64,000 nucleotides of DNA from the human T2T-CHM13v2.0 reference genome, Homo sapiens. Below are positions 27,401 to 43,952 of this stretch, one piece after another. The position numbers and the translations under genes were made by a program. The notes beneath the pieces were generated by a model. The model searched no databases and was not told where the DNA came from. It worked only from the letters and a program-made list of their open reading frames with translations. Position 1 is the stretch's first letter. Each line of letters begins with the position of its first letter. The DNA is taken from the NCBI RefSeq assembly GCF_009914755.1, contig NC_060946.1; one strand, written 5' to 3'.

Positions 27401-30400
27401 TGTACATAAAATATGAAATTACATCAAATATATATTATATTAGGTACATAAAATATGAAAGTACATCAAATATAGATTATATACTGTACATAAAATATCA
27501 AAGTACCCCAAATATATATTATATACTCTACATGAAATATCAAAGTTCACAAACTATATATTATATACTGTACATAAAATATCAAAGTACCCAAGGTATA
27601 TATTCTATACTGTACAAAAAATATCAAAGTATCCAAAGCATGTATTATATACTGTATATAAAATATGAAAGTATATTAAATATATATTTTATTCTGTACA
27701 AAAAATATCAAAGTACACCAGATATATATTCTATAGTGTACATAAAATATCAAAGTACACAAACTATAAATTATATACTGTACATAAAATATGAAATTAC
27801 ATCAAATATATATTAGGTACATAAAATATGAAAGTACATCAAATATAGATTATATACTGTACATAAAATATCAATATACCCCAAATTTATATTTTATACT
27901 CTACATGAAATATCAAAGTTCACAAACTATATATTATATACTGTACATAAAATATCAAAGTACCCAAGGTTTATATTCTATACTGTACAAAAAATATCAA
28001 AGTACCCAAAGCATGTATTATATACTGTACATAAAATATGAAAGTACATCAAATATATCTTTTATTCTGTACATAAAATATCAAAGTACACCAGATATAT
28101 ATTCTATAGTGTACATAAAATATCAAATTACCCAAACTATACATTATATACTGTACATAAAATATGAAATTACATCAAATATATATTATATTAGGTACAT
28201 AAAATATGAAAGCACATCAAATATAGATTATATACTGTACATTAAATACCAAAGTACCCCAAATATATATTTTATACTGTACATCAAATATCAAAGTTCA
28301 CAAACTATATATTATATACTGTACATAAAATATCAAAGTACCCAAGGTATATATTCTATACTGTACAAAAAATATCAAAGTACCCAAAGCATGTATTATA
28401 TACTGTACATAAAATATGAAAGTACATCAAATATATATTTTATTCTGTACATAAAATATCAAAGTACACCAGATATATATTCTATAGTGTACATAAAATA
28501 TCAAAGTACCCAAACTATACATTATATACTGTACATAAAATATGAGATTACATCAAATATATATTATATTAGCTACATAAAATATGAAAGTACATCAGAT
28601 ATAGATTTTATACTGTACATAAAATATCAAAGTACCCCAAATATATATTATATACTCTACATGAAATATCAAAGTTCACAAACTATATCTTATATACTGT
28701 ACATAAAATATCAAAGTACCCAAGGTATATATTCTATACTGTACAAAAAATATCAAAGTACCCAAAGCATGTATTATATACTGTATATAAAATATGAAAA
28801 TACATTAAATATATATTTTATTCTGTACATAAAATATCAAAGTACACCAGATATGTATTCTATATTGTACATAAAATAACAAAGTACACAAACTATAAAT
28901 TATATACTGTACGTAAAATATGAAATTACATCAAATATATATTAGGTACATAAAATATGAAAGGACATCAAATATAGATTATATACTGTACATATAATAT
29001 CAATGTACCCCAAATATATATTTTATACTCTACATGAAATATCAAAGTTCACAAACCATACATTATATACTGTACATAAAATATCAAAGTACCCAAGGTA
29101 TATATTCTACACTGTACAAAAAATATCAAAGTACCCATAGCATGTATTATATACTGTACATAAAATATGAAAGTACATCAAATATATATTTTATTCTGTA
29201 CATAAAATATCAAAGTACACCAGATATATATTCTATAGTGTACATAAAATATCAAAGTACCCAAACTATACATTATATATTGTACATAAAATATGAAATT
29301 ACATCAAATATATATTATATTAGGTACATAAAATATGAAAGCACATCAAATATAGATTATATACTGTACATTAAATACCAAAGTACCCTAGATATATATT
29401 TTATACTGTACATCAAATATCAAAGTTCACAAACTATATATTATATACTGTACATAAAATATCAAAGTACCCATGGTATATATTCTATACTGTACAAAAA
29501 ATATCAAAGTACCCAAAGCATGTATTATATACTGTACATAAAATATGAAAGTACATCAAATATATATTTTATTCTGTACATAAAACATCAAAGTACACCA
29601 GATATATATTCTATAGTGTACATAAAATATCAAAGTACCCAAACTATACATTATATACTGTACATAAAATATGAAATTACATCCAATATATATTATATTA
29701 GGTACATAAAATATGAAAGTAGATCAAATATAGATTATATACTGTACATAAAATATCAAAGTACCCCAAATATATATTATATACTCTACATGAAATATCA
29801 AAGTTCACAAACTATATATTATATACTGTACATAAAATATCAAAGTACCCAAGGTATATATTCTATACTGTACAAAAAATATCAAAGTATCCAAAGCATG
29901 TATTATATACTGTATATAAAATATGAAAGTACATTAAATATATATTTTATTCTGTACATAAAATATCAAAGTACACCAGATATATATTCTATAGTGTACA
30001 TAAAATATCAAAGTACACAAACAATAAATTATATACTGTACATAAAATATGAAATTACATCAAATATATATTAGGTACATAAAATATGAAAGTACATCAA
30101 ATATAGATTATATACTGTACATAAAATATCAATGTACCCCAAATATATATTTTATACTCTACATGAAATATCAAAGTTCACAAACTATATATTATATACT
30201 GTACATAAAATATCAAAGTACCCAATGTATATATTCTATACTGTACAAAAAATATCAAAGTACCCAAAGCATGTATTATATACTGTACATAAAATATGAA
30301 AGTACATCAAATATATATTTTATTCTGTACATAAAATATCAAAGTACACCAGATATATATTCTATAGTGTACATAAAATATCAAAGTACCCAAACTATAC

Positions 30401-33400
30401 ATTATATACTGTACATAAAATATGAAATTACATAAAATATATATTATATTAGGTACATAAAATATGAAAGCACATCAAATATAGATTATATACTGTACAT
30501 TAAATACCAAAGTACCCCAAATATATATTTTATACTGTATATCAAATATCAAAGTTCACAAACTATATATTATATACTGTACATAAAATATCAAAGTACA
30601 CAAGGTATATATTCTATACTGTACAAAAAATATCAAAGTACCCAAAGCATGTATTATATACTGTACATAAAATATGAAAGTACATCAAATATATATTTTA
30701 TTCTGTACATAAAACATCAAAGTACACCAGATATATATTCTATAGTGTACATAAAATATCAAAGTACCCAAACTATACATTATATACTGTACATAAAATA
30801 TGAAATTGCATCAAATATATATTAGGTACATAAAATATGAAAGTGCATCACATATAGATTATATACTGTACATAAAATATCAAAGTACCCCAAATATATA
30901 TTATATACTCTACATGAAATATCAAAGTTCACAAACTATATATTATATACTGTACATAAAATATAAAAGTACCCAAGGTATATATTCTATACTGTACAAA
31001 ATATATCAAAGTATCCAAAGCATGTATTATATACTGTATATAAAATATGAAAGTACATTAAATATATATTTTATTCTGTACATAAAATATCAAAGTACAC
31101 CAGATATATATTCTATAGTGTACATAAAATATCAAAGTACACAAACTATAAATTATATACTGTACATAAAATATGAAATTACATCAAATATATATTAGGT
31201 ACCTAAAATATGAAAGTACATCAAATATAGATTATATACTGTACATGAAATATCAATGTACCCCAAATATATATTTTATACTCTACATGAAATATCAAAG
31301 TTCACAAACTATATATTATATACTGTACATAAAATATCAAAGTACCCAAGGTATATATTCTATACTGTACAAAAAATATCAAAGTACCCAAAGCATGTAT
31401 TATATACTGTACATAAAATATGAAAGTACATCAAATATATATTTTATTCTGTACATAAAATATCAAAGTACACCAGATATATATTCTATAGTGTACATAA
31501 AATATCAAAGTACCCAAACTATACATTATATACTGTACATAAAATATGAAATTACATCAAATATATATTATATTAGGTACATAAAATATGAAAGCACATC
31601 AAATATAGATTATATACTGTACATTAAATACCAAAGTACCCCAAATATATATTTTATACTGTACATCAAATATCAAAGTTCACAAAGTATATATTATATA
31701 CTGTACATAAAATATCAAAGTACCCAAGGTATATATTCTATACTGTACAAAAAATATCAAAGTACCCAAAGCATGTATCATATACTGTACATAAAATATG
31801 AAAGTACATCAAATATATATTTTATTCTGTACATAAAATATCAAAGTACACCAGATATATATTCTATAGTGTACATAAAATATCAAAGTACCCAAACTAT
31901 ACATTATATACCGTACATAAAATATGAGATTACATCAAATATATATTATATTAGCTACATAAAATATGAAAGTACATCAGATATAGATTTTATACTGTAC
32001 ATAAAATATCAAAGTACCCCAAATATATATTATATACTCTACATGAAATATCAAAGTTCACAAACTATATCTTATATACTGTACATAAAATATCAAAGTA
32101 CCCAAGGTATATATTCTATACTGTACAAAAAACATCAAAGTACCCAAAGCATGTATTATATACTGTATATAAAATATGAAAATACATTAAATATATATTT
32201 TATTCTGTACATAAAATATCAAAGTACACCAGATATGTATTCTATAGTGTACATAAAATAACAAAGTACACAAACTATAAATTATATACTGTACGTAAAA
32301 TATGAAATTACATCAAATATATATTAGGTACATAAAATATGAAAGTACATCAAATATAGATTATATACTGTACATATAATATCAATGTACCCCAAATATA
32401 TATTTTATACTCTACATGAAATATCAAAGTTCACAAACCATACATTATATACTGCACATAAAATATCAAAGTACCCAAGGTATATATTCTATACTGTACA
32501 AAAAATATCAAAGTACCCATAGCATGTATTATATACTGTACATAAAATATGAAAGTACATCAAATATATATTTTATTCTGTACATAAAATATCAAAGTAC
32601 ACCAGATATATATTCTATAGTGTACATAAAATATCAAAGTACCCAAACTATACATTATATATTGTACATAAAATATGAAATTACATCAAATATATATTAT
32701 ATTAGGTACATAAAATATGAAAGCACATCAAATATAGATTATATACTGTACATTAAATACCAAAGTACCCCAAATATATATTTTATACTGTACATCAAAT
32801 ATCAAAGTTCACAAACTATATATTATATACTGTACATAAAATATCAAAGTACCCATGGTATATATTCTATACTGTACAAAAAATATCAAAGTACCCAAAG
32901 CATGTATTAAATACTGTACATAAAATATGAAAGTACATCAAATATATATTTTATTCTGTACATAAAACATCAAAGTACACCAGATATATATTCTATAGTG
33001 TACATAAAATATCAAAGTACCCAAGCTATACATTATATACTGTACATAAAATATGAAATTATATCAAATATATATTATATTAGGTACATAAAATATGAAA
33101 GTACATCACATATTGATTATATACTGTACATAAAATATCAAAGTACCCCAAATATATATTATATACTCTACATGAAATATCAAAGTTCACAAACTATATA
33201 TTATATACTGTACATAAAATATCAAAGTACCCAAGGTATATATTCTATACTATACAAAAAATATCAAAGTATCCAAAGTATGTATTATATACTGTATATA
33301 AAATATGAAAGTACATTAAATATATATTTTATTCTGTACATAAAATATCAAAGTACACCAGATATATATTCTATAGTGTACATAAAATATCAAAGTACAC

Positions 33401-34189
33401 AAACTATAAATTATATACTGTACATAAAATATGAAATTACATCAAATATATATTAGGTACATAAAATATGAAAGTACATCAAATATAGATTATATACTGT
33501 ACATAAAATATCAATGTACCCCAAATATATATTTTATACTCTACATGAAATATCAAATTTCACAAACTATATATTATATACTGTACATAAAATATCAAAG
33601 TACCCAAGGTATATATTCTATACTGTACAAAAAATATCAAAGTATCCAAAGCATGTATTATATACTGTACATAAAATATGAAAGTACATCAAATATATAT
33701 TTTATTCTGTACATAAAATATCAAATTACACCAGATATATATTCTATAGTGTACATAAAATATCAAAGTACCCAAACTATACATTATATACTGTACATAA
33801 AATATGAAATTATATCAAATATATATTATATTAGGTACATAAAATATGAAAGCACATCAAATATAGATTATATACTGTACATTAAATACCAAAGTACCCC
33901 AAATATATATTTTATACTGTACATCAAATATCAAAGTTCACAAACTATATATTATATACTGTACATAAAATATCAAAGTACCCAAGGTATATATTATATA
34001 CTGTACAAAAAATATCAAAGTACCCAAAGCATGTATTATATACTGTACATAAAATATGAAAGTACATCAAATATATATTTTATTCTGTACATAAAATATC
34101 AAAGTACACCAGATATATATTCTATAGTGTACATAAAATATCAAAGTACCCAAACTATACATTATATACTGTACATAAAATATGAGATT

Positions 34190-37100
34190 ACATCAAATAT
34201 ATATTACATTAGGTACATAAAATATGAAAGTACATCACATATAGATTATATACTGTACATAAAATATCAAAGTACCCCAAATATATATCATATACTCTAC
34301 ATGAAATATCAAAGTTCACAAACTATATATTATATACTGTACATAAATATCAAAGTACCCAAGGTATATATTCTATACTGTACAAAAAATATGAAAGTAC
34401 CCAAAGCATGTATTATATACTGTATATAAAGTATGAAAATACATTAAATATATATTTTATTCTGTACATAAAATATCAAAGTACACCAGATATGTATTCT
34501 ATAGTGTACATAAAATAACAAAGTACACAAACTATAAATTATATACTGTACGTAAAATATGAAATTACATCAAATATATATTAGGTACATAAAATATGAA
34601 AGTACATCAAATATAGATTATATACTGTACATATAATATCAATGTACCCCAAATATATATTTTATACTCTACATGAAATATCAAAGTTCACAAACCATAC
34701 ATTATATACTGTACATAAAATATCAAAGTACCCAAGGTATATATTCTATACTGTACAAAAAATATCAAAGTACCCATAGCATGTATTATATACTGTACAT
34801 AAAATATGAAAGTACATCAAATATATATTTTATTCTGTACATAAAATATCAAAGTACACCAGATATATATTCTATAGTGTACATAAAATATCAATGTACA
34901 CAAACTATAAATTATATACTGTACATAAAATATGAAATTACATCAAATATATATTAGGTACATAAAATATGAAAGTACATCAAATATAGATTATATACGG
35001 TACATAAAATATCAATGTACCCCAAATATATATTTTATACTCTACATGAAATATCAAATTTCACAAACTATATATTATATACTGTACATAAAATATCAAA
35101 GTACCCAAGGTATATATTCTATACTGTACAAAAAATATCAAAGTACCCAAAGCATGTATTATATACTGTACATAAAATATGAAAGTACATCAAATATATA
35201 TTTTATTCTGTACATAAAATATCAAAGTACACCAGATATATATTCTATAGTGTACATAAAATATCAAAGTACCCAAACTATACATTATATACTATACATA
35301 AATTATGAGATTACATCAAATATATATTATATTAGGAACATAAAATATGAGAGCACATCAAATATAGATTATATACTGTACATTAAATACCAAAGTACCC
35401 CAAATATATATTTTATACTGTACATCAAATATCAAAGTTCACAAACTATATATTATATACTGTACATAAAATATCAAAGTGCCCAAGGTATATATTCTAT
35501 ACTGTACAAAAAATATCAAAGTATCCAAAGCACTTATTATATACTGTATATAAAATATGAAAGTACATTAAATATATATTTTATTCTGTACATAAAATAT
35601 CAAAGTACACCAGATATATATTCTATAGTGTACATAAAATAACAAAGTACACAAAGTATAAATTATATACTGTACATAAAATATGAAATTACATCAAATA
35701 TATATTAGGTACATAAAATATGAAAGTACATCAAATATAGATTATATACTGTACATATAATATCAATGTACCCCAAATATATATTTTATACTCTACATGA
35801 AATATCAAAGTTCACAAACCATATATTTTATACTGTACATAAAATATCAAAGTACCCAAGGTATATATTCTATACTGTACAAAAAATATCAAAGTACCCA
35901 AAGCATGTATTATATACTGTACATAAAATACGGAAGTACATCAAATATATATTTTATTCTGTACATAATATATCAAAGTACACCAGATATATATTCTATA
36001 GTGTACATAAAATATCAAAGTACCCAAACTATACATTATATACTGTACATAAAATATGAGATTACATCAAATATATATTATATTAGGTACATAAAATATG
36101 AAAGTACATCAGATATAGATTATATACTGTACATAAAATATCAAAGTACCCCAAATATATATTATATAATCTACATGAAATATCAAACTTCACAAACTAT
36201 ATATTATATACTGTACATAAAATATCAAAGTACCCAAGGTATATATTCAATACTGTACAAAAAATATCAAAGTACCCAAAGCATGTGTTATATACTGTAC
36301 ATAAAATATGAAAGTACATCAAATATATATTTTATTCTGTACATAAAATATCAACGTACACCAGATATATATTCTATAGTGTACATAAAATATCAAAGTA
36401 CCCAAACTATACATTATATACTGTACATAAAATATGAAATTACATCAAATATATATTATATTAGGTACATAAAATATGAAAGTACATCAAATATAGATTA
36501 TATACTGTACATAAAATATCAAAGTACCCCAAATATATATTTTATACTCTACATGAAATATCAAAGTTCACACACTATATATTATATACTGTACATAAAA
36601 TATCAAAGTACCCAAGGTATATATTCTATACTGTACAAAAAATATCAAAGTACCCAAAGCATGCATTATATACTGTATATAAAATATGAAAATACATGAA
36701 ATATATATTTTATTCTGTACATAAAATATCAAAGTACACCAGATATATATTCTATAGTGTACATAAAATAACAAAGTACACAAACTATAAATTATATACT
36801 GTACGTAAAATATGAAATTACATCAACTATATATTAGGTACATAAAATATGAAAGTACATCAAATATAGATTATATACTGTACATATAATATCAATGTAC
36901 CCCAAATATATATTTTATACTCTACATGAAATATCAAAGTTCACAAACCATACATTATATACTGTACATAAAATATCAAAGTACCCAAGGTATATATTCT
37001 ATACTGTACAAAAAATATCAAAGTACCCAAAGCATGTATTATATACTGTACATAAAATATGAAAGTACATCAAATATATATTTTATTCTGTACATAAAAT

Positions 37101-37320
37101 ATCAAAGTACACCAGATATATATTCTATAGTGTACATAAAATATCAAAGTACCCAAACTATACATTATATACTGTACATAAAATATGAAATTACATCAAA
37201 TATATATTATATTAGGTACATAAAATATGAAAGCACATCAAATATAGATTATATACTGTACATTAAATACCAAAGTACCCCAAATATATATTTTATACTG
37301 TACATCAAATATCAAAGTTC
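34190..37320. repeat. ~3.1-kb block, copy 1 (copy 2 at +5634; partial copy 3 at +28591/2)
   Basis: ORFs 34932/40566, 35797/41431 and 36568/42202 are identical. Shared private variants are TTACATTAGG, the 1-bp deletion ACATAAATATC, ATACGGTAC, AATTATGAGA, GAGAGCAC, TCAACGTAC and AATACATGAA. Confidence 0.92.
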
Positions 37321-39824
37321 ACAATCTATATATTTTATACTGTACATAAAATATTAAAGTACCCAAGGTATATATTCTATACTGTACAAAAAATATCAAA
37401 GTACCCAAAGCATGTATTATATACTGTACATAAAATATGAAAGTACATCAAATATATATTTTATTCTGTACATAAAATATCAAAGTACACCAGATATATA
37501 TTCTATAGTGTACATAAAATATCAAAGTACCCAAACTATACATTATATACTGTACATAAAATATGAGATTACATCAAATATATATTATATTAGCTACATA
37601 AAATATGAAAGTACATCAGATATAGATTTTATACTGTACATAAAATATCAAAGTACCCCAAATATATATTATATACTCTACATGAAATATCAAAGTTCAC
37701 AAACTATATCTTATATACTGTACATAAAATATCAAAGTACCCAAGGTATATATTCTATACTGTACAAAAAACATCAAAGTACCCAAAGCATGTATTATAT
37801 ACTGTATATAAAATATGAAAATACATTAAATATATATTTTATTCTGTACATAAAATATCAAAGTACACCAGATATGTATTCTATAGTGTACATAAAATAA
37901 CAAAGTACACAAACTATAAATTATATACTGTACGTAAAATATGAAATTACATCAAATATATATTAGGTACATAAAATATGAAAGTACATCAAATATAGAT
38001 TATATACTGTACATATAATATCAATGTACCCCAAATATATATTTTATACTCTACATGAAATATCAAAGTTCAAAAACCATACATTATATACTGTACATAA
38101 AATATCAAAGTACCCAAGGTATATATTCTATACTGTACAAAAAATATCAAAGTACCCATAGCATGTATTATATACTGTACATAAAATATGAAAGTACATC
38201 AAATATATATTTTATTCTGTACATAAAATATCAAAGTACACCAGATATATATTCTATAGTGTACATAAAATATCAAAGTACCCAAACTATACATTATATA
38301 CTGTACATAAAATATGAAATTACATAAAATATATATTATATTAGGTACATAAAATATGAAAGCACATCAAATATAGATTATATACTGTACATTAAATACC
38401 AAAGTACCCCAAATATATATTTTATACTGTATATCAAATATCAAAGTTCACAAACTATATATTATATACTGTACATAAAATATCAAAGTACACAAGGTAT
38501 ATATTCTATACTGTACAAAAAATATCAAAGTACCCAAAGCATGTATTATATACTGTACATAAAATATGAAAGTACATCAAATATATATTTTATTCTGTAC
38601 ATAAAACATCAAAGTACACCAGATATATATTCTATAGTGTACATAAAATATCAAAGTACCCAAACTATACATTATATACTGTACATAAAATATGAAATTG
38701 CATCAAATATATATTATATTAGGTACATAAAATATGAAAGTGCATCACATATAGATTATATACTGTACATAAAATATCAAAGTACCCCAAATATATATTA
38801 TATACTCTACATGAAATATCAAAGTTCACAAACTATATATTATATACTGTACATAAAATATAAAAGTACCCAAGGTATATATTCTATACTGTACAAAATA
38901 TATCAAAGTATCCAAAGCATGTATTATATACTGTACATAAAATATGAAAGTACATTAAATATATATTTTATTCTGTACATAAAATATCAAAGTACACCAG
39001 ATATATATTCTATTGTGTACATAAAATATCAAAGTACACAAACTATAAATTATATACTGTACATAAAATATGAAATTACATCAAATATATATTAGGTACC
39101 TAAAATATGAAAGTACATCAAATATAGATTATATACTGTACATGAAATATCAAAGTACCCCAAATATATATTATATACTCTACATGAAATATCAAAGTTC
39201 ACAAACTATATATTATATACTGTACATAAAATATCAAAGTACCCAAGGTACATATTCTATACTGTACAAAAAATATCAAAGTACCCAAAGCATGTATTAT
39301 ATACTGTATATATAATATGAAAATACATTAAATATATATTTTATTCTGTACATAAAATATCAAAGTACACTAGATATATATTCTATAGTGTACATAAAAT
39401 AACAAAGTACACAAACTATAAATTGTATACTGTACGTAAAATATGAAATTACATCAAATATATATTTGGTACATAAAATATGAAAGTACATCAAATATAG
39501 ATTATATACTGTACATATAATATCAATGTACCCCAAATATATATTTTATACTCTACATGAAATATCAAAGTTCACAAACCATACATTATATACTGTACAT
39601 AAAATATCAAAGTACCCAAGGTATATATTCTACACTGTACAAAAAATATCAAAGTACCCATAGCATGTATTATATACTGTACATAAAATATGAAAATACA
39701 TCAAATATATGTTTTATTCTGTACATAAAATATCAAAGTACACCAGATATATATTCTATAGTGTACATAAAATATCAAAGTACCCAAACTATACATTATA
39801 TATTGTACATAAAATATGAAATTA

Positions 39825-42800
39825 CATCAAATATATATTACATTAGGTACATAAAATATGAAAGTACATCACATATAGATTATATACTGTACATAAAATA
39901 TCAAAGTACCCCAAATATATATCATATACTCTACATGAAATATCAAAGTTCACAAACTATATATTATATACTGTACATAAATATCAAAGTACCCAAGGTA
40001 TATATTCTATACTGTACAAAAAATATCAAAGTACCCAAAGCATGTATTATATACTGTATATAAAGTATGAAAATACATTAAATATATATTTTATTCTGTA
40101 CATAAAATATCAAAGTACACCAGATATGTATTCTATAGTGTACATAAAATAACAAAGTACACAAACTATAAATTATATACTGTACGTAAAATATGAAATT
40201 ACATCAAATATATATTAGGTACATAAAATATGAAAGTACATCAAATATAGATTATATACTGTACATATAATATCAATGTACCCCAAATATATATTTTATA
40301 CTCTACATGAAATATCAAAGTTCACAAACCATACATTATATACTGTACATAAAATATCAAAGTACCCAAGGTATATATTCTATACTGTACAAAAAATATC
40401 AAAGTACCCATAGCATGTATTATATACTGTACATAAAATATGAAAGTACATCAAATATATATTTTATTCTGTACATAAAATATCAAAGTACACCAGATAT
40501 ATATTCTATAGTGTACCTAAAATATCAATGTACACAAACTATAAATTATATACTGTACATAAAATATGAAATTACATCAAATATATATTAGGTACATAAA
40601 ATATGAAAGTACATCAAATATAGATTATATACGGTACATAAAATATCAATGTACCCCAAATATATATTTTATACTCTACATGAAATATCAAATTTCACAA
40701 ACTATATATTATATACTGTACATAAAATATCAAAGTACCCAAGGTATATATTCTATACTGTACAAAAAATATCAAAGTACCCAAAGCATGTATTATATAC
40801 TGTACATAAAATATGAAAGTACATCAAATATATATTTTATTCTGTACATAAAATATCAAAGTACACCAGATATATATTCTATAGTGTACATAAAATATCA
40901 AAGTACCCAAACTATACATTATATACTATACATAAATTATGAGATTACATCAAATATATATTATATTAGGAACATAAAATATGAGAGCACATCAAATATA
41001 GATTATATACTGTACATTAAATACCAAAGTACCCCAAATATATATTTTATACTGTACATCAAATATCAAAGTTCACAAACTATATATTATATACTGTACA
41101 TAAAATATCAAAGTGCCCAAGGTATATATTCTATACTGTACAAAAAATATCAAAGTATCCAAAGCACTTATTATATACTGTATATAAAATATGAAAGTAC
41201 ATTAAATATATATTTTATTCTGTACATAAAATATCAAAGTACACCAGATATATATTCTATAGTGTACATAAAATAACAAAGTACACAAAGTATAAATTAT
41301 ATACTGTACATAAAATATGAAATTACATCAAATATATATTAGGTACATAAAATATGAAAGTACATCAAATATAGATTATATACTGTACATATAATATCAA
41401 TGTACCCCAAATATATATTTTATACTCTACATGAAATATCAAAGTTCACAAACCATATATTTTATACTGTACATAAAATATCAAAGTACCCAAGGTATAT
41501 ATTCTATACTGTACAAAAAATATCAAAGTACCCAAAGCATGTATTATATACTGTACATAAAATACGGAAGTACATCAAATATATATTTTATTCTGTACAT
41601 AATATATCAAAGTACACCAGATATATATTCTATAGTGTACATAAAATATCAAAGTACCCAAACTATACATTATATACTGTACATAAAATATGAGATTACA
41701 TCAAATATATATTATATTAGGTACATAAAATATGAAAGTACATCAGATATAGATTATATACTGTACATAAAATATCAAAGTACCCCAAATATATATTATA
41801 TAATCTACATGAAATATCAAACTTCACAAACTATATATTATATACTGTACATAAAATATCAAAGTACCCAAGGTATATATTCAATACTGTACAAAAAATA
41901 TCAAAGTACCCAAAGCATGTGTTATATACTGTACATAAAATATGAAAGTACATCAAATATATATTTTATTCTGTACATAAAATATCAACGTACACCAGAT
42001 ATATATTCTATAGTGTACATAAAATATCAAAGTACCCAAACTATACATTATATACTGTACATAAAATATGAAATTACATCAAATATATATTATATTAGGT
42101 ACATAAAATATGAAAGTACATCAAATATAGATTATATACTGTACATAAAATATCAAAGTACCCCAAATATATATTTTATACTCTACATGAAATATCAAAG
42201 TTCACACACTATATATTATATACTGTACATAAAATATCAAAGTACCCAAGGTATATATTCTATACTGTACAAAAAATATCAAAGTACCCAAAGCATGCAT
42301 TATATACTGTATATAAAATATGAAAATACATGAAATATATATTTTATTCTGTACATAAAATATCAAAGTACACCAGATATATATTCTATAGTGTACATAA
42401 AATAACAAAGTACACAAACTATAAATTATATACTGTACGTAAAATATGAAATTACATCAACTATATATTAGGTACATAAAATATGAAAGTACATCAAATA
42501 TAGATTATATACTGTACATATAATATCAATGTACCCCAAATATATATTTTATACTCTACATGAAATATCAAAGTTCACAAACCATACATTATATACTGTA
42601 CATAAAATATCAAAGTACCCAAGGTATATATTCTATACTGTACAAAAAATATCAAAGTACCCAAAGCATGTATTATATACTGTACATAAAATATGAAAGT
42701 ACATCAAATATATATTTTATTCTGTACATAAAATATCAAAGTACACCAGATATATATTCTATAGTGTACATAAAATATCAAAGTACCCAAACTATACATT

Positions 42801-42955
42801 ATATACTGTACATAAAATATGAAATTACATCAAATATATATTATATTAGGTACATAAAATATGAAAGCACATCAAATATAGATTATATACTGTACATTAA
42901 ATACCAAAGTACCCCAAATATATATTTTATACTGTACATCAAATATCAAAGTTCA
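39825..42955. repeat. ~3.1-kb block, copy 2
   Basis: Matches 34190-37320 at an offset of 5634, with very few differences (e.g. GTGTACCTAA at ~40511). Confidence 0.92.
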
Positions 42956-43952
42956 CAAAGTATATATTATATACTGTATATAAAATATCAAAGTACCCAA
43001 GGTATATATTCTATACTGTACAAAAAATATCAAAGTACCCAAAGCATGTATCATATACTGTACATAAAATATGAAAGTACATCAAATATATATTTTATTC
43101 TGTACATAAAATATCAAAGTACACCAGATATATATTCTATAGTGTACATAAAATATCAAAGTACCCAAACTATACATTATATACCGTACATAAAATATGA
43201 GATTACATCAAATATATATTATATTAGCTACATAAAATATGAAAGTACATCAGATATAGATTATATACTGTACATAAAATATCAAAGTACCCCAAATATA
43301 TATTATATACTCTACATGAAATATCAAAGTTCACAAACTATATATTATATACTGTACATAAAATATAAAAGTACCCAAGGTATATATTCTATACTGTACA
43401 AAATATATCAAAGTATCCAAAGCATGTATTATATACTGTATATAAAATATGAAAGTACATCAAATATATATTTTATTCTGTACATAAAACATCAAAGTAC
43501 ACCAGATATATATTCTATAGTGTACATAAAATATCAAAGTACCCAAACTATACATTATATACTGTACATAAAATATGAAATTACATCCAATATATATTAT
43601 ATTAGGTACATAAAATATGAAAGTACATCAAATATAGATTATATACTGTACATAAAATATCAAAGTACCCCAAATATATATTATATACTCTACATGAAAT
43701 ATCAAAGTTCACACACTATATATTATATACTGTACATAAAATATCAAAGTACCCAAGGTATATATTCTATACTGTACAAAAAATATCAAAGTACCCAAAG
43801 CATGCATTATATACTGTATATAAAATATGAAAATACATGAAATATATATTTTATTCTGTACATAAAATATCAAAGTACACCAGATATATATTCTATAGTG
43901 TACATAAAATATCAAAGTACACAAACTATAAATTATTTACTGTACATAAAAT

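Noticed and set aside
9892-43924. Short minus-strand ORFs (9892, 11394, 36568, 42202, 43709) resembling hydrophobic membrane peptides
   Set aside because: They are the reverse complement of the satellite, opened by single substitutions that remove a stop. Hydrophobicity reflects T-rich codons.
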